Assembly: GCA_003344405.1 (NCBI GenBank)
Contig: NOWV01000185.1
Coordinates: 1-64,000 of the forward strand
Reading direction: 5' to 3'
Source of the DNA: Trichoplax sp. H2
Lineage: Eukaryota
Length of the DNA: 64,000 nt
Shown: positions 51,660 through 64,000 of the stretch, in pieces
Layout of the letters: each line of letters starts with the position of its first letter
How positions within the stretch are numbered: the first letter of the stretch is position 1
Notes under the pieces: generated by a model
Databases searched by the model: none
What the model was told of the DNA's origin: nothing
Seen by the model: only the letters and a program-made list of their open reading frames with translations
Translations under genes and position numbers: made by a program

Positions 51660-53245
51660 TTGTTGTCGATCTGTTATGCCAGAAATTCAGTGCTTTTATT
51701 CAGAATTTGAGATAGTATTAATCCACTCACTTAAAGTATTCATTACAGTTATATATAAACTCGTCCTATTTATATATGTTATATACAATTCCCAATTTTT
51801 ATAGAACATAAGATGGACGTTACTATACTGCGAATTAAAAGACTACATTTACTATTACTTATTCCTTATACGTTTATAAAAACGTTGTCAACCTAACATG
51901 GCAGAATTCAGTATGTTTATTCCAAATTTGAGATAGTTGTCAAAGCGCTCTGGTAAAGCATTCACGATAGCTATTGCATAGATTCTTCATTATGATAGTA
52001 ATCATTTCGGTACTTATACGTTATATGTATATATATAGAAATTGTCAACCTATCCTGACAAAATGCAGTCTTTTTACTCAGAATTGGCAATAATTGTTTA
52101 GTAAAGCATTTATTGCAGTTATTAGCTAGATTCTTCTTTTGTATAGAATTTCCAATTTTGAAGAATATTAGAGGAATACAGTATACTACGGCTTAAAATA
52201 CTAAATTTGTTATTATTTACTCGCAATATGCTTATGAAAACTGATTAATTAAATGATTAGCGAGTGCTAAAATTCGAAACGTTTGCAAAATGATCGACAA
52301 TTACTGGTACTCTAAGCTAAAGCTATGCCATCAGTAGCTATGTTTGCTTAATAATTGCGAATGAAATAAAGTGAATGAAAATTTAGTATTGCTAGACATC
52401 AAGTGAAATATCGTTTATTCATTTTCTCACTAATCAAGCTCACCAATTGACTCCATCTAATACTATACTGTACTGTAACTTAAAATACTAGACATATTAT
52501 TGCTTATTGGTAATTCGTGTACAAAAGCTGATTAGTTGATGAATACCGAATTAGGAAATTAGAAAAGTTCCAAAATAATCGACATTTACTGGCATTATAG
52601 GCTAAAGCTAAAAATATAAAGAAGCAAAATGAACGAAATTTTAGCACTGCTAAATATCGACTACAGTACCTGTCATCAATTTTCTCACTAGTCTTATATA
52701 CCAATTGATTCTATTTATTGCAATAACGTGACTTAAAATACGAGACTTATAAAACTGATTAATAAATACCAAGTACGGAAATTTGAAATGTTTCTAAGGT
52801 AATCGACAGTTACTGATATCAGAGTTGCATCAGAGGCTACACTTTAGTTGCTTCGCAATCATGAGTGAAATAAAATAAATGAAACTTTACTATTGCTGAA
52901 TATCGACTACAGTATCTGTCATTAATTTTCCCGCTAATCTTGTATGCTAGTTGATTCCATTCAATACAACTCGTATATTGTGACTTAAAATATTAGATTT
53001 ATTATTACTTATTCGTAGTGCGTATATAAAAACTGATTAGCTAATGATTACCGTGTATCAAAACGTTTCCTTAATGAGCGATGCTTACTGATATTCTAAG
53101 CAGTAGCATCAGCATCAGCGGATATATTTGCTGTGTAATCGCGAATGAAATAAAATAATTGAAACTTTAGTATTGCTAAATATCGACTATAGTACCTGAC
53201 ACCAATATTCTCACTAATCTTGCATGCCAATTGATTTCATTCAAA
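51660..53245. repeat. Old, diverged composite tandem array (~3 copies of unit A, then ~4 copies of a 250-290 bp unit B)
   Basis: Unit A: ...cagaatt.gagatag...taaagcatt near 51680, 51900 and 52060. Unit B: cttaaaata...aaaactgatta...gaatgaaataaa...tttagtattgctaaatatcgacta...ttctcactaatc...ccaattgat, starting near 52192, 52478, 52732 and 52984. Confidence 0.8.
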
Positions 53246-56200
53246 GGAAACTAATTAACGGATGTTTCCTGTTTTGTCACCTTGACCTTCACATGCATAT
53301 TTATGCCACCCAAAGCAAGGATCAAGCAACAAAATTTTTTCATGTAAAGTATTTATTGGCTGACATTTCATTCGAAAATAGGTTCCAAGATTATTCACAT
53401 ATCGAGATTTCAGCAAAATTTAATAATTTTATCATTTTTACCGCACAGATCTGTTCTACGTTTTATAATTAATTTACGATTAAGTAGCGTTGCAGGCGTT
53501 GTCTCGATCCGTGCAGCTTCATCATCAGTTTGTGTAAACTATTAAGGCGGCAACTTGGCTTCTGTATAAGCGTGTACGTTGTGTATGATGGATTCCTATC
53601 CATTTTAAGCAATAGTAAATCTTTTTAAGATTTTAGCACTAGAACATCAATTAAACATTGGAGACACAATGTCTGGTTTATATCAGTAACCTTGGTTTAA
53701 TTTAAATCTTCCATGACAGCATAATCTGCAATTGCTGGATACTCTATAAGTTTATTAAGAAGGTTTACCCCTAATTGAACAGCCAGAATATTATAAATTT
53801 TCTTGCTAAATACCTGCATCGCAATGCTAAATTAATCTACCTTTATCTTTATATCATCTAGGTTGTTCCTTTTACGGCAGTTAGGAATCTCTTAACTCAT
53901 TTGATCTCTACATTACTTTTTTTTAATTTCCCCTTGACTAGCGGTGTTCCTAATGAAGATCATATTTCTTTTGAGAAAATGATGTAATTAAAAATATTCT
54001 TAGCAGGCCTTAGAAAAGTATTGGCTTTCAATATTAGATCTATATTAACGATTCCGGAAAGATCTATCAACATTCATAAAGAAATAGTCAGCTAGATGAT
54101 CATCAATACACGATGTTATGAGTAAAGAGAAATGATTAAAAATTTAAACATTTTAGAAAATTGATTATTGAAATTTTGCTTTCATGCGTTTCATCAAATT
54201 AATCTAATTTGTTATGTATGTATTACCGGTTACTCTCATTATAAAGTAGTTTAAAGGCATTATGAAATACCGTCGTTGACAACTTCCAATTTTGAATAAA
54301 AATTTCATCGTTTCCGGTCATGGAACTCTATTGTAATTACATAGTTCAGAGACAAACGAAATGTATCAGTGGATAGTAAGTAGCAGATTGCATAATAAAT
54401 TAACACCAGTTTGTTCGGATAATGGTATACAATAATACTGTATCGTAAATTACGGCAGAAACCAGCCATATTTCAAAGTCGCGAATGGAAAATAGTTTAT
54501 ACTTATAACATATCAATTGAATTGGAAGTAGCCAAGAATGTAAAAAGAGTGATGCAATCAATCATTACAGATTTTTTTTTAGTTATTTCACTCAATATTT
54601 TTACTTCCAGTAAAGGAGTATATTTACTTTTAAAATATTATATCAGTTATTGCATGGAATTTAAATTTAAATTTACAGTTAATATTAAGTGAAGATGAAT
54701 ATCTATCATCATAAAATATCTTGATACTTACCACAACAATATACTGTATTGTATCTACACATAGCATGGATTTTCTGAGTTATTGCTCATAATTTGTTGT
54801 ATAAACTGTAATTAACGGCTAAGTCGGTAAATTCAATAGTCAGATTAATTCGGAAGAAACTTGTAATCAAACTATCAATTATCTTAATTTAAATTTATTT
54901 CACTACATATAACTTGATATAAAGCAATAAGTAAGTCGATAAAATCCACTACGGTGAAAATACCTACCCTTAGATCGTAATCAGTATTAGTTATAGTTTG
55001 CTATTGAAAATAATATAACAATTTCTAGAGAAAATCATCTCACAGGGTAGATATACGAGCACTATACAAACATTAGTGAGGATAGCTGCACATGTTATGT
55101 ACATTTAATAAATCTTATATCACTTTCGCTACTTTGATTTCACTGTCGATCTACTCGAACAGAAATAGAAGGAGTTAATTCCTTAAGTAATATCTCCACA
55201 TATTTCTATTCTATAGCGAAAATAAACATAATATTTTCCATTTCTAGTAATATTAGACTTTAAAAAAGTTAATTAAATACTAATTTTTAGAATGAATACT
55301 GTGGTAATTTCAAAATTGATAATTACTTGCATGGTACTTCAAAAATTTTGTCTTGTGAGCTGTTAAGCAGTCTTCATTGCCTATTAACTAAGGTTATACC
55401 ACCCGAGATAATAGCAAATGTAATGAAAGAAATTAGTAGAATTTTGAAACTTATTAACTAGAGTTCTCAGTTCACAACGGTTTGCTATAGTTATATAGAC
55501 TCTCGAGTTAGAATTACAGAAAGAAACTGGATCGATAAGTTCATATTAATCAGCATAGAAATAGTGTTGAATGGCTGAAATAGATTAACTATAAAATATT
55601 TTTCGTGTTTACTCTGCTATTTTATCAACCAATGCTAAGTGCGGTCCATTGATTGTGCTATAGTATGCTATATCACTCTTCTCTTAATAAGGAGCGCTAT
55701 GCAAAATAAAGATGAAAAAAACCTTAAATACTGCTATTACAAAATTTTAATAAATTTAGCGTCACGTAACGAAATTTATTGCATAAGATAAGTGCGGTAA
55801 GCATCTTTTCCTTCCTTAATATTTATAGTTGCACAACATTGATGGTATCTACAATATTTTGTAGCTTATTCATTAATTTCTATTTTCACTGTTCTACTTG
55901 CGAAAGCAACTATTAAAGGAAATGAAGGTCTCATTCCCAAATTAAAATAAGTTGTTAATATTTATATTAACTTTTTCTTTGTTACCAGGAGTAATCGATT
56001 CCCGGAGTTCACCGTAACATTGCTACTGTCCTTTAATACTGTAATAAAGCCATATTTATCGGATAGATAAGTATCTGCTGCATCTGCATATCTAAGATAA
56101 GATAAATTGTATTTACCTTATAGTAATTTGAATGGACAGTACCGTATTTACAGATTACTTTCTCTCATCATTAATACCGGTATTGTTATATATTTTCATG

Positions 56201-56995
56201 CTATATTTCCATTATAAGTATAAGAATAGACATATGGGTGCATACTATATAGCTGCCGATGCCAATTATTGTTCTATAATTATCTATAGAGTAGATTAGC
56301 AGCATACAAGAAATACTACGGAGGTAATTTGAAAGATTTCAAAAATTGCAACTATACTGTTTGACGATTTTTACTAATATCCTATTATTTCATAACCATA
56401 GATGTTCAAGGCTTCAGAAATACAGTACAGTCCATCCGTGTCTTCGAGCTGAAAGGCTGAGGTGGGCGAAGATGGATTGTGGACAGATACAAATTTATAA
56501 CTAAACTATGTATGCAAGGCATAAATTATAAAGGAGAATTAGCATTCCAGTTATCACGTACAGTATTGGTGAAATTTTGTTTTGTTACAACGCCAAACCA
56601 TACGCTGTGAATATATTATAGTACCTTAAATGTTTACAACTGTGAAATACCATTAATAATCCAGGTTATGGTACTGTGCACTCCGTATAAAGTATGTAGA
56701 TTATTTACTTTTATCTAGGCAAAGATATTGTCAACTAATTTTTTATGAGTATATAGAATTAGTATTTATATTGGAATAATAGGGATAAAGTATCATTAAT
56801 ATGAATGCTGCTTCGATTAGCCAAAAATCTAAAGACTTTGCCGATATTGATCAAAAATTCGCTATTAAAATAATATATTTTTGCAACTGCATTGTAAATA
56901 TAGAATTGAATTTCAAAAGTCAGAACTCGGTAATTGGAACAAGAAAAACATTAGTTAACGTAAAACACAGAGTCAAGTTTAGAACTGAAGTCTAA

Positions 56996-58738
56996 TGTAA
57001 AGTAACTTAGTATTGTGATTTTAGAATATTAGCCATGTTTAGTATGATGTACGGTTGTGTCTTTTCTATATTTATCTAATGATATATTAAGTAGCCATAA
57101 TTATAGATTGTAAGGATAGACTATGCTAGATTACAGATGACTATATACAGTAAAGTGCTCAGCTACTAATAAGCTTAGAGTTAGAAATAGAATTGTAAAT
57201 CATATATTAGCATATGCTTAGTTCATTGTAATTTGAGTGGTAGGAATAATGCCTACAAAAATACTGTAATCATTTCTATATTGGAATAATGATGCTTCAC
57301 TGTAAAATATTGTGACTTAGAATATGTGTAAAATATGGTAGAAATGCTGCTATGCTGATAGCTGCGAAGGTTACGGAGAGTATAAAAGCAGGAAACGTTA
57401 GATTATCTGGTTATTCTTTCTAAAAGTCTTTCAGTAATTGTATTCGGCTAGAGTAGAGCTGTGTGTAGTTAGTATTTGTGCTGGATCTATCAAAGTTCTA
57501 ATTTTCTAAAACTTTGGAATTTTCGTGATCGGATTTTATCGCAGTCTTCAGCTACAGTTATCTTTATTTCAGAAAAAATTCTGGTTATATAGAAAATACT
57601 TATGCGTAAACATGTTGTTATCGCTATCTCTTTCTCTTAAATTGGTTTTCGTCACCCTAATAAATTTGTAAACAGATTTCCTACGTTATCTCACTTTTTC
57701 TAACAGGATTGTCAGGAAAAACGTTTGACGACTATAACATTAAACCTGCAAATGGTAATATCAAAAAATTCTAGTAATACATTTACTAAATTTAATATAA
57801 ATAAGGTATCGGCAAATCACCGAATACATAAGAATCTTTAGAAACCTAAATATCCTATTCTAAGAACTATTTTTACTTAAGTTACTTTTAATATTCAAAA
57901 TTATAAGATTTAAACTTTACACACCAACGGCATTATAACAATGAGCCGCTAGCGAAATCAATTAATTATCCAATTTTGGGTTTAGTGATAAAATGGCCAA
58001 AGTGATATAGTTGGCATATCTTATGCAGAAGAACTTCAATGGTATGAAAATCCCAACATGCTAAAATCTTTCTATAGTTAAGCAAATAAGATTTATGGGT
58101 GTCTTAAATTATTAATATAAACGTTAAAATTGTCTTACCTTTCCGTAACTTTTATACTTTTAATTCAAATACCTCGTATATCAAGTTGTGATATATACCA
58201 ATCACGAAATTCCAAATTTTAGAAAAATAAGGGCTTTACTGAATCTTATACAAAGATTAACTACACACAGCTCTACTTTAGCCGAATACTACTACTAAAG
58301 ACTTCTAGAACGAACTAACAGAATAATCTAAAGTTGCATGCTTTTATACTTTCCGTAGCATTCGCAGCTACAATCCGCATGGCAACCTTTTACCTTATTT
58401 TACACATAGGTAAATTATTCTTAGTAAGACTATTCTACTGCGGACCATCATTAATCCAATATGGATACGACTACAGTACTTACGTAGATATTATTCACAC
58501 CAGCCAAAGTACAATGAATTAACCATATCCTAATATATGATTTACAGTTCTATTTTTACCTATAGCCATATTAGTAATTCAACGGCTTACTGTATATAGT
58601 CATTTGTACTCTAGCATAGAGTCTCTACAACTACAGTCTATAGTTATAGCTACCAAATATCTCTTAGGATAAATATCTACCGTACATTATACTACACATG
58701 GCTAACAGTCTACAATCACAATACTAAGTTACATTACA
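56996..58738. repeat. Long diverged inverted repeat: arms ~56996-57532 and ~58198-58738, spacer ~665 bp
   Basis: Collinear reverse-complement matches, e.g. gtaacttagtattgtgatt (57002) with aatcacaatactaagttac (58714), agtagagctgtgtgtagtt (57452) with aactacacacagctctact (58259), and tttggaattttcgtgat (57512) with atcacgaaattccaaa (58201). Confidence 0.88.
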
Positions 58739-61700
58739 CAAGTCTAAGGTGTATTTTGGCCTCTGACAAAGTAATAGCTAATTTGGAAATACCCATAATA
58801 ATCATCTTGTTTTTAAGCTTCCTACTATGACTTCACAAAACTGTGCTTAATTAGAAATTACGCTCGTGACTAAATTAAATGTACTACAATATAACTCATG
58901 CAAGTATAGATAAAGTTTTATTTTAGACCGTATTGTTGACCAATGATGTACATCGATACTTGATTAACACCAACTGGTAGAATGAATTTATGCTAGTTTT
59001 CTTTTGATGGTCGTAGCATGAATTATTGGGATTTAATAGATTGAGAATGGTTGAAGTTAGATTCTATTTGGCTTCTATGCTGTAGGATAAACAATTTAAT
59101 AAAATGTTATAAAGCGTTGTATTTATTCATCTATGCTGTACTTGTAGTCATTTCAAGTTGGTAACGTTAAGGCAACAGCAAAGTTTAAAAATATTTAAAT
59201 AATCATAATTTCCATTTGGCACTTGCAATATCTATGACTGTAGAGGTTATGTCTGTTTATTAATGCCTGCTATTATTGATAATGAACAAGGTTTATCAAA
59301 TTTAGCACCTTCTAATTTATTGCATTTATATAAGCATAAAGATCAGTTGAATTCTAACCGTGAAAGTTTATAGATAAAACGATTAATATAATTTATACCG
59401 CAGGATGTTTCAAATTAGGGCAATTATAATAACCTTTAATAAGCAAATTGCATTTTTCTTTGTCGATAAAAAAGCTTCAATTATATACAAGATAAGTATT
59501 TAGAAAAGTAATATGACTTAAAGAAAATTTTGATCTCAGGTTTACTTAGAAATTTGATAATTTTAAAGGATAAAGTTTTATTAAATGATTAGTAATGAAA
59601 TACAGTATTTAACTGAAAAATTTCCAATCTATTTACTCTTTATATACTTTTAAATCCTTCGTGCCAACTTTTACTTATTATTCTGTTATTGATTTATTGA
59701 CTTGATATGAAAACTCTTCCACTGTGTCCTTATTTTATTTAGGAGATCCATAATCATCTATTTTCATTCAATGATATGGGATTCTTATTTCTATCTACCG
59801 TAGATACTTATAGTTAATGCCCAGTTATAAACTACCTGAAATGAAAGTAAAAACATTTTTCTAACATAAGCCCGCATTATAGAGATTAGATATCTATTTT
59901 ATTTGAATTAATGATGATAGTGTTCTTTTTGTCTATGTGCTTAATACTGATTTAGTTAATATTTTGGTGTACAGCATTAAGAAATTGTATTTCTAAACCT
60001 ACAAATTATCATCGATTTGATTATTATTCCAAGGGCTAACAGCAATATCAATATTATAGCCACATAAGTTAGCATATTGATATATTTAAATTCTAAACAG
60101 AATATCCTAACTATCCTTGTATTAATTTCAATTGAGAATAAAAATGCTATACAAACAAATAGCTATTGGTGACTATAATAGATCAAATTTGTCTATAGAA
60201 AATGGAAAGAAAAAACTAATGAAAACATGCGCATGTCTGATCCAAAGCTAAACTATAAGACTATTTGGACCAAAGAATCATGCTTAAAAATAGCATTATT
60301 TAGCTAATAGATATTATTATTGTAATACTTGCTATTAATTCTGAAATTACTATAATAAGTTTAAGTTTAAAGTAGCTAAAAAATTGCACTAGAATAACAG
60401 AAAACTGAGAGTAATTATCATTTATATTGACAAGGTATTAACAATTCAGGTAAGCCTTGTGTGCAAATGGTAAAGAATAGATCCGAGTAGGAAAGAAACT
60501 GCAATAACTAATGAGAGGAATATGGAAACATCTTCGAACAAAAGGCTTTCTTTAACGAGATAGAATATCAAATGATATCAATTTTACATCATCTAATAAA
60601 ATAACAGCATACATTACGAAAAAGTAAGTTTGGTAAATAATATTTCGTAAGCGTTGCTATCATAACATGTATTGACCTAAGTAATAATTCAATTCTTGAT
60701 CATAAGATCATCAAATTATCCGTGTTATTCATGATCAGCGAAGTGAGAATATATTCATTATGGCTATAAAAATAAGACTTGCACGTTTGTTTTAGTCAGA
60801 TCGATAGATGGGAAATCTTTCTATAGGAAGAAGAGAATTATCTTTGAACGTAAATATTGTTAATATAGCCAAGACTGACAGCATTAGATTAATATCTTAT
60901 TTAATTGATCTCTTTATTACAATAATTGTTCAATATAGATGATGATTCATTATTTTTTTTACGAGCTGATGCAGTGACGTAAATATTCTATCATATTAAT
61001 ATCAGCAATGTGCCCGAGAGATGCATAGGAATAGTGGTACATAAATTATTATGTTGATACTCAGTCTATAAAAAAAGTAGATAGATTCTTTACTATAATA
61101 AGTAGAAGGCTGGCTTTTACTTCTAAAATATCTTTTTACTTCATCACGATCGATCTAACTAAGATAGATGAAAGCTAACTACAACATGAAAATCTATCAG
61201 AAATTTTCCTACGATCTTAATTTGATGGATCAATCTCTGAGTGTACATATAACACATATTCGTATGCTCGTTCGTATGCAGGAGCGTATCTACGCTATCT
61301 GCTCCAGGAAAAGTAAATTTTATATTCGCGAATGCTTGTAAAGCTCATTGATATCTTTTCATTTCTTTTTACACGGAAATGGACAATTCCCACTTAACAA
61401 AATAGCTTTCCATCATAATATGCTCAAATTATGACTGCATTGAACTGCTATCTCACCTATTCGATTACAACACTGTATATAGGAAGTTTGATTACTTTTA
61501 ACTTTATAAAACCAGAATATTAGAAACATGAAGGTCAATAATTATGTCCGACTTGGTGATGAAAGTGAATAATTAGATCGATCTTGGGAATAATTATATA
61601 GAGAATTTCGCCGATTTCCAGAAGGCAATCAATTAAAGTAGTCTGGTCGATTAAAATGATAAAAACTTTCAGTCAAATTAATAAGTTTACTAAGGGAATG

Positions 61701-62177
61701 TCTTAAATCTTCCTGCTTCAACTTGATAAGAGCTAGAAGTAGGTAATAAAGTTTAATCAGCTTTATAGCGTAAATAACTATCTATTGAAAGATGCTACTG
61801 TATAATAGCCATAATTTCAATTCGGTAGAATGAGCAAATATTTATTTTCCGTTTCAGTTGGAAAGTCACTCTTTTTAAAAGTCCTCCAATAATCTTTCAT
61901 TTGTTCAATCTCATTGCCAGATCAATACATTTTAGAAATTTTTTTTCCTTCTTCTACCTTGAGATTCCCAGTTGTCAATTATAAAAACATCATTTAAACT
62001 AATAGCATCTTTATTTACATCTACCTACCTGAACTATTATGAAATCATATTATCAAAGGCGTTATTATTTCAATTAATTGTATAGTTTATTAACTAATTC
62101 TGTTGCTAGTTTATTCCCTAACTACCTCAAACAAGATAAAATTAGTCCGATGCCCTAATTATTTAATTAATTGTATT

Positions 62178-63209
62178 TTACGCTTGATTTATGCTATATG
62201 CGTAAGATGTTGGATTGGCGATGTTGGCAGCAGCTGCTTTACAGCCGAGAAACAAATAGAATGCTCTCCTAATTTCAGGATTAAAATAACCGTAGATTAA
62301 TGGATTAACAGCACAATAGGAGAAAGCGATACTGCGTAGAACCTGAACGTTAAACGTATTTAGCGATGCTACAAAGTTTCGCATAAAGGAATTATTCTGT
62401 CCAATAGTAGAAGGAATGATAAGTACCATCGTGTTGAATATTATGGTTGGTAACCACGTTAGTAGAAAAGTACCAACCATAACAATAAAGGGCTTGGCTG
62501 CACGTATATTTTTCTTACGTAAGCGAACATCATTATTAACCTCATTGGATACATAGTAGTTGCGATCAATATTTCGAATATGGCGAAAAGCAAGGATGCT
62601 AATATAACCGTAGCAATACAACATGATCATTAAAGGTACAACAAAGATGATGATTTGAAAGATGATAAAATAGGCTATCTCTTTGTTAATTTGGTTATAA
62701 GCGATGCGAACGCAACCATTAAAAATCTTTGGATTATAGGGGCGATAGGTGAAAATAGGTAGAAATGATATTGTAAATCCACTTATCCATATTCCGGTAA
62801 CAATGATTAAGACAGTCTTCCGTGTTAATTTAACCGTTAAAGGATAGGTAATTAATAAATACTTTTCAATACCAACGAGACATAAATGAAGGTTAAGAAT
62901 AACTAGGCAAAAATTTCGGAATGGACCAAATAAAGGGCAAAAAATATTGACCGATGCCTTGGAAATGATATTAAATGGATAAAGGAGACAGTAAAAGATA
63001 GCAAAGATGATGCAACCAAAGCACATGCTAGCAATGATGCTGTTATGATTAATTGCACGTAGACGTCGCCGTGATAATATAAGATAGGCTAAGACAGAAT
63101 TGGTTACTAAAGTGATGAAACCCAGTATTTCCATAAATATGATGAGACCTAGGTCATTGCTCAATAACATCTCGATCGTTGGTGTAGTTTTATTTGTTAT
63201 ATTGCTCAT
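62178..63209 (-). CDS. Class A orphan GPCR, paralog of 45499-46575, intronless CDS
   Basis: 343 aa. Shares YLILSRR.LR, IIFAIFYCLL.P, IFC.LFGPFRNF, EKY, AAKP..MVGTF, SYCA.NP.IYG.FNP.IRRAF with the other receptor. Candidate 5' UTR acceptor at ~63242. Confidence 0.95.
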   Translation of the reverse strand: MSNITNKTTPTIEMLLSNDLGLIIFMEILGFITLVTNSVLAYLILSRRRLRAINHNSIIASMCFGCIIFAIFYCLLYPFNIISKASVNIFCPLFGPFRNFCLVILNLHLCLVGIEKYLLITYPLTVKLTRKTVLIIVTGIWISGFTISFLPIFTYRPYNPKIFNGCVRIAYNQINKEIAYFIIFQIIIFVVPLMIMLYCYGYISILAFRHIRNIDRNYYVSNEVNNDVRLRKKNIRAAKPFIVMVGTFLLTWLPTIIFNTMVLIIPSTIGQNNSFMRNFVASLNTFNVQVLRSIAFSYCAVNPLIYGYFNPEIRRAFYLFLGCKAAAANIANPTSYAYSINQA

Positions 63210-64000
63210 GTTGATTGATGATAACTATGGATAATAATGACCTAAAGGAACGATTAAATGTGACTAAGTCCTCGCTGATAATGGGAAAAATTCTAAACTT
63301 AACAGTATGGTTTTGAAGTTATTTTATGACGATTGAATAATGGCAACAATTCCAATCTTGGTCATAGAGAAAGGTATTAATGTTACACTCTTGTCTGCCA
63401 ACTAGTTTAATGAAGATGGCTTCCGCTGAATCTTGTTTTACCTCTCAACTTAATTCATACACTGTATAATAGACAAGATAGCATTTGATTTTAAAAACTA
63501 TCTCTTCTGTAACGTTAAGATGTTTCCGAAAATTCTATTTAGCTTCTAGTTTCAACCGATTGAATAATATTAAAATCGATTACACCTTTCTTCACGGAAT
63601 GAATCTTGACTATTTTCTTGACTTACTCAGTTATTTAATTTTGTCTTCAAATAAATTTAGTCTAGAAAGGGAAGAATACGGAAAGCACGATGAAGTAATT
63701 ATTATTCCTTCATTGAGTCTTTTTATACATATGGGAAGCAAGGATCTAACTTGAATCAGTTCTAGGCCAAGCACTTGACTTTGACAACTGATAGCTATAG
63801 CAAACTTGATAAAAATGGCAGGAAGATTTTCGAGCAGTGACGTAGATTCTGTCTTGATCAAGAACGATTATATTCGGTATTAGTTGTTGATATTTTACAG
63901 TCTTCTATTCTACTTCTTGAAGTTATCGCTCTTGTAAAAGGATCAATGGAATTGATCGACCTTTTATTTATTCCTTTGGAGTTGTAATTAATATGAGCAA

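Noticed and set aside
45499..63209. GPCRs as opsins or aminergic receptors
   Set aside because: The TM7 retinal-binding Lys position is Leu/Phe, and TM3 lacks the aminergic Asp.

Overview
AT-rich, intron-dense eukaryotic (animal) genomic DNA. The short GT-AG introns, gene set and composition resemble an early-branching metazoan such as a placozoan (Trichoplax-like); this is an inference, not a verified identification. The first ~38 kb is gene-dense. Spliced genes reconstructed by hand are lysosomal alpha-mannosidase (MAN2B1-like, -), inorganic pyrophosphatase (+, with an upstream mitochondrial-presequence exon), FNIP (-), STOML1 (+), DNAJC12 (+) and MRPL1 (-). Intronless CDSs are an atonal-superfamily bHLH (-) and MEST (+). 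The last ~26 kb is gene-poor, with two paralogous intronless class A GPCRs, a diverged tandem array and a ~540 bp-arm inverted repeat. The best second-look items are: CLEAR/MiT-type E-boxes upstream of three lysosome-linked genes; CAGTA/TACTG-rich islands at housekeeping promoters; a possibly dual-targeted pyrophosphatase; symmetric small exons and degron-like motifs in FNIP; a Mist/Olig-intermediate bHLH with CATATG boxes; and GPCRs lacking D2.50 and carrying EKY in place of DRY. I found no tRNA, rRNA, CRISPR array or transposase, and no clear-cut novel system.
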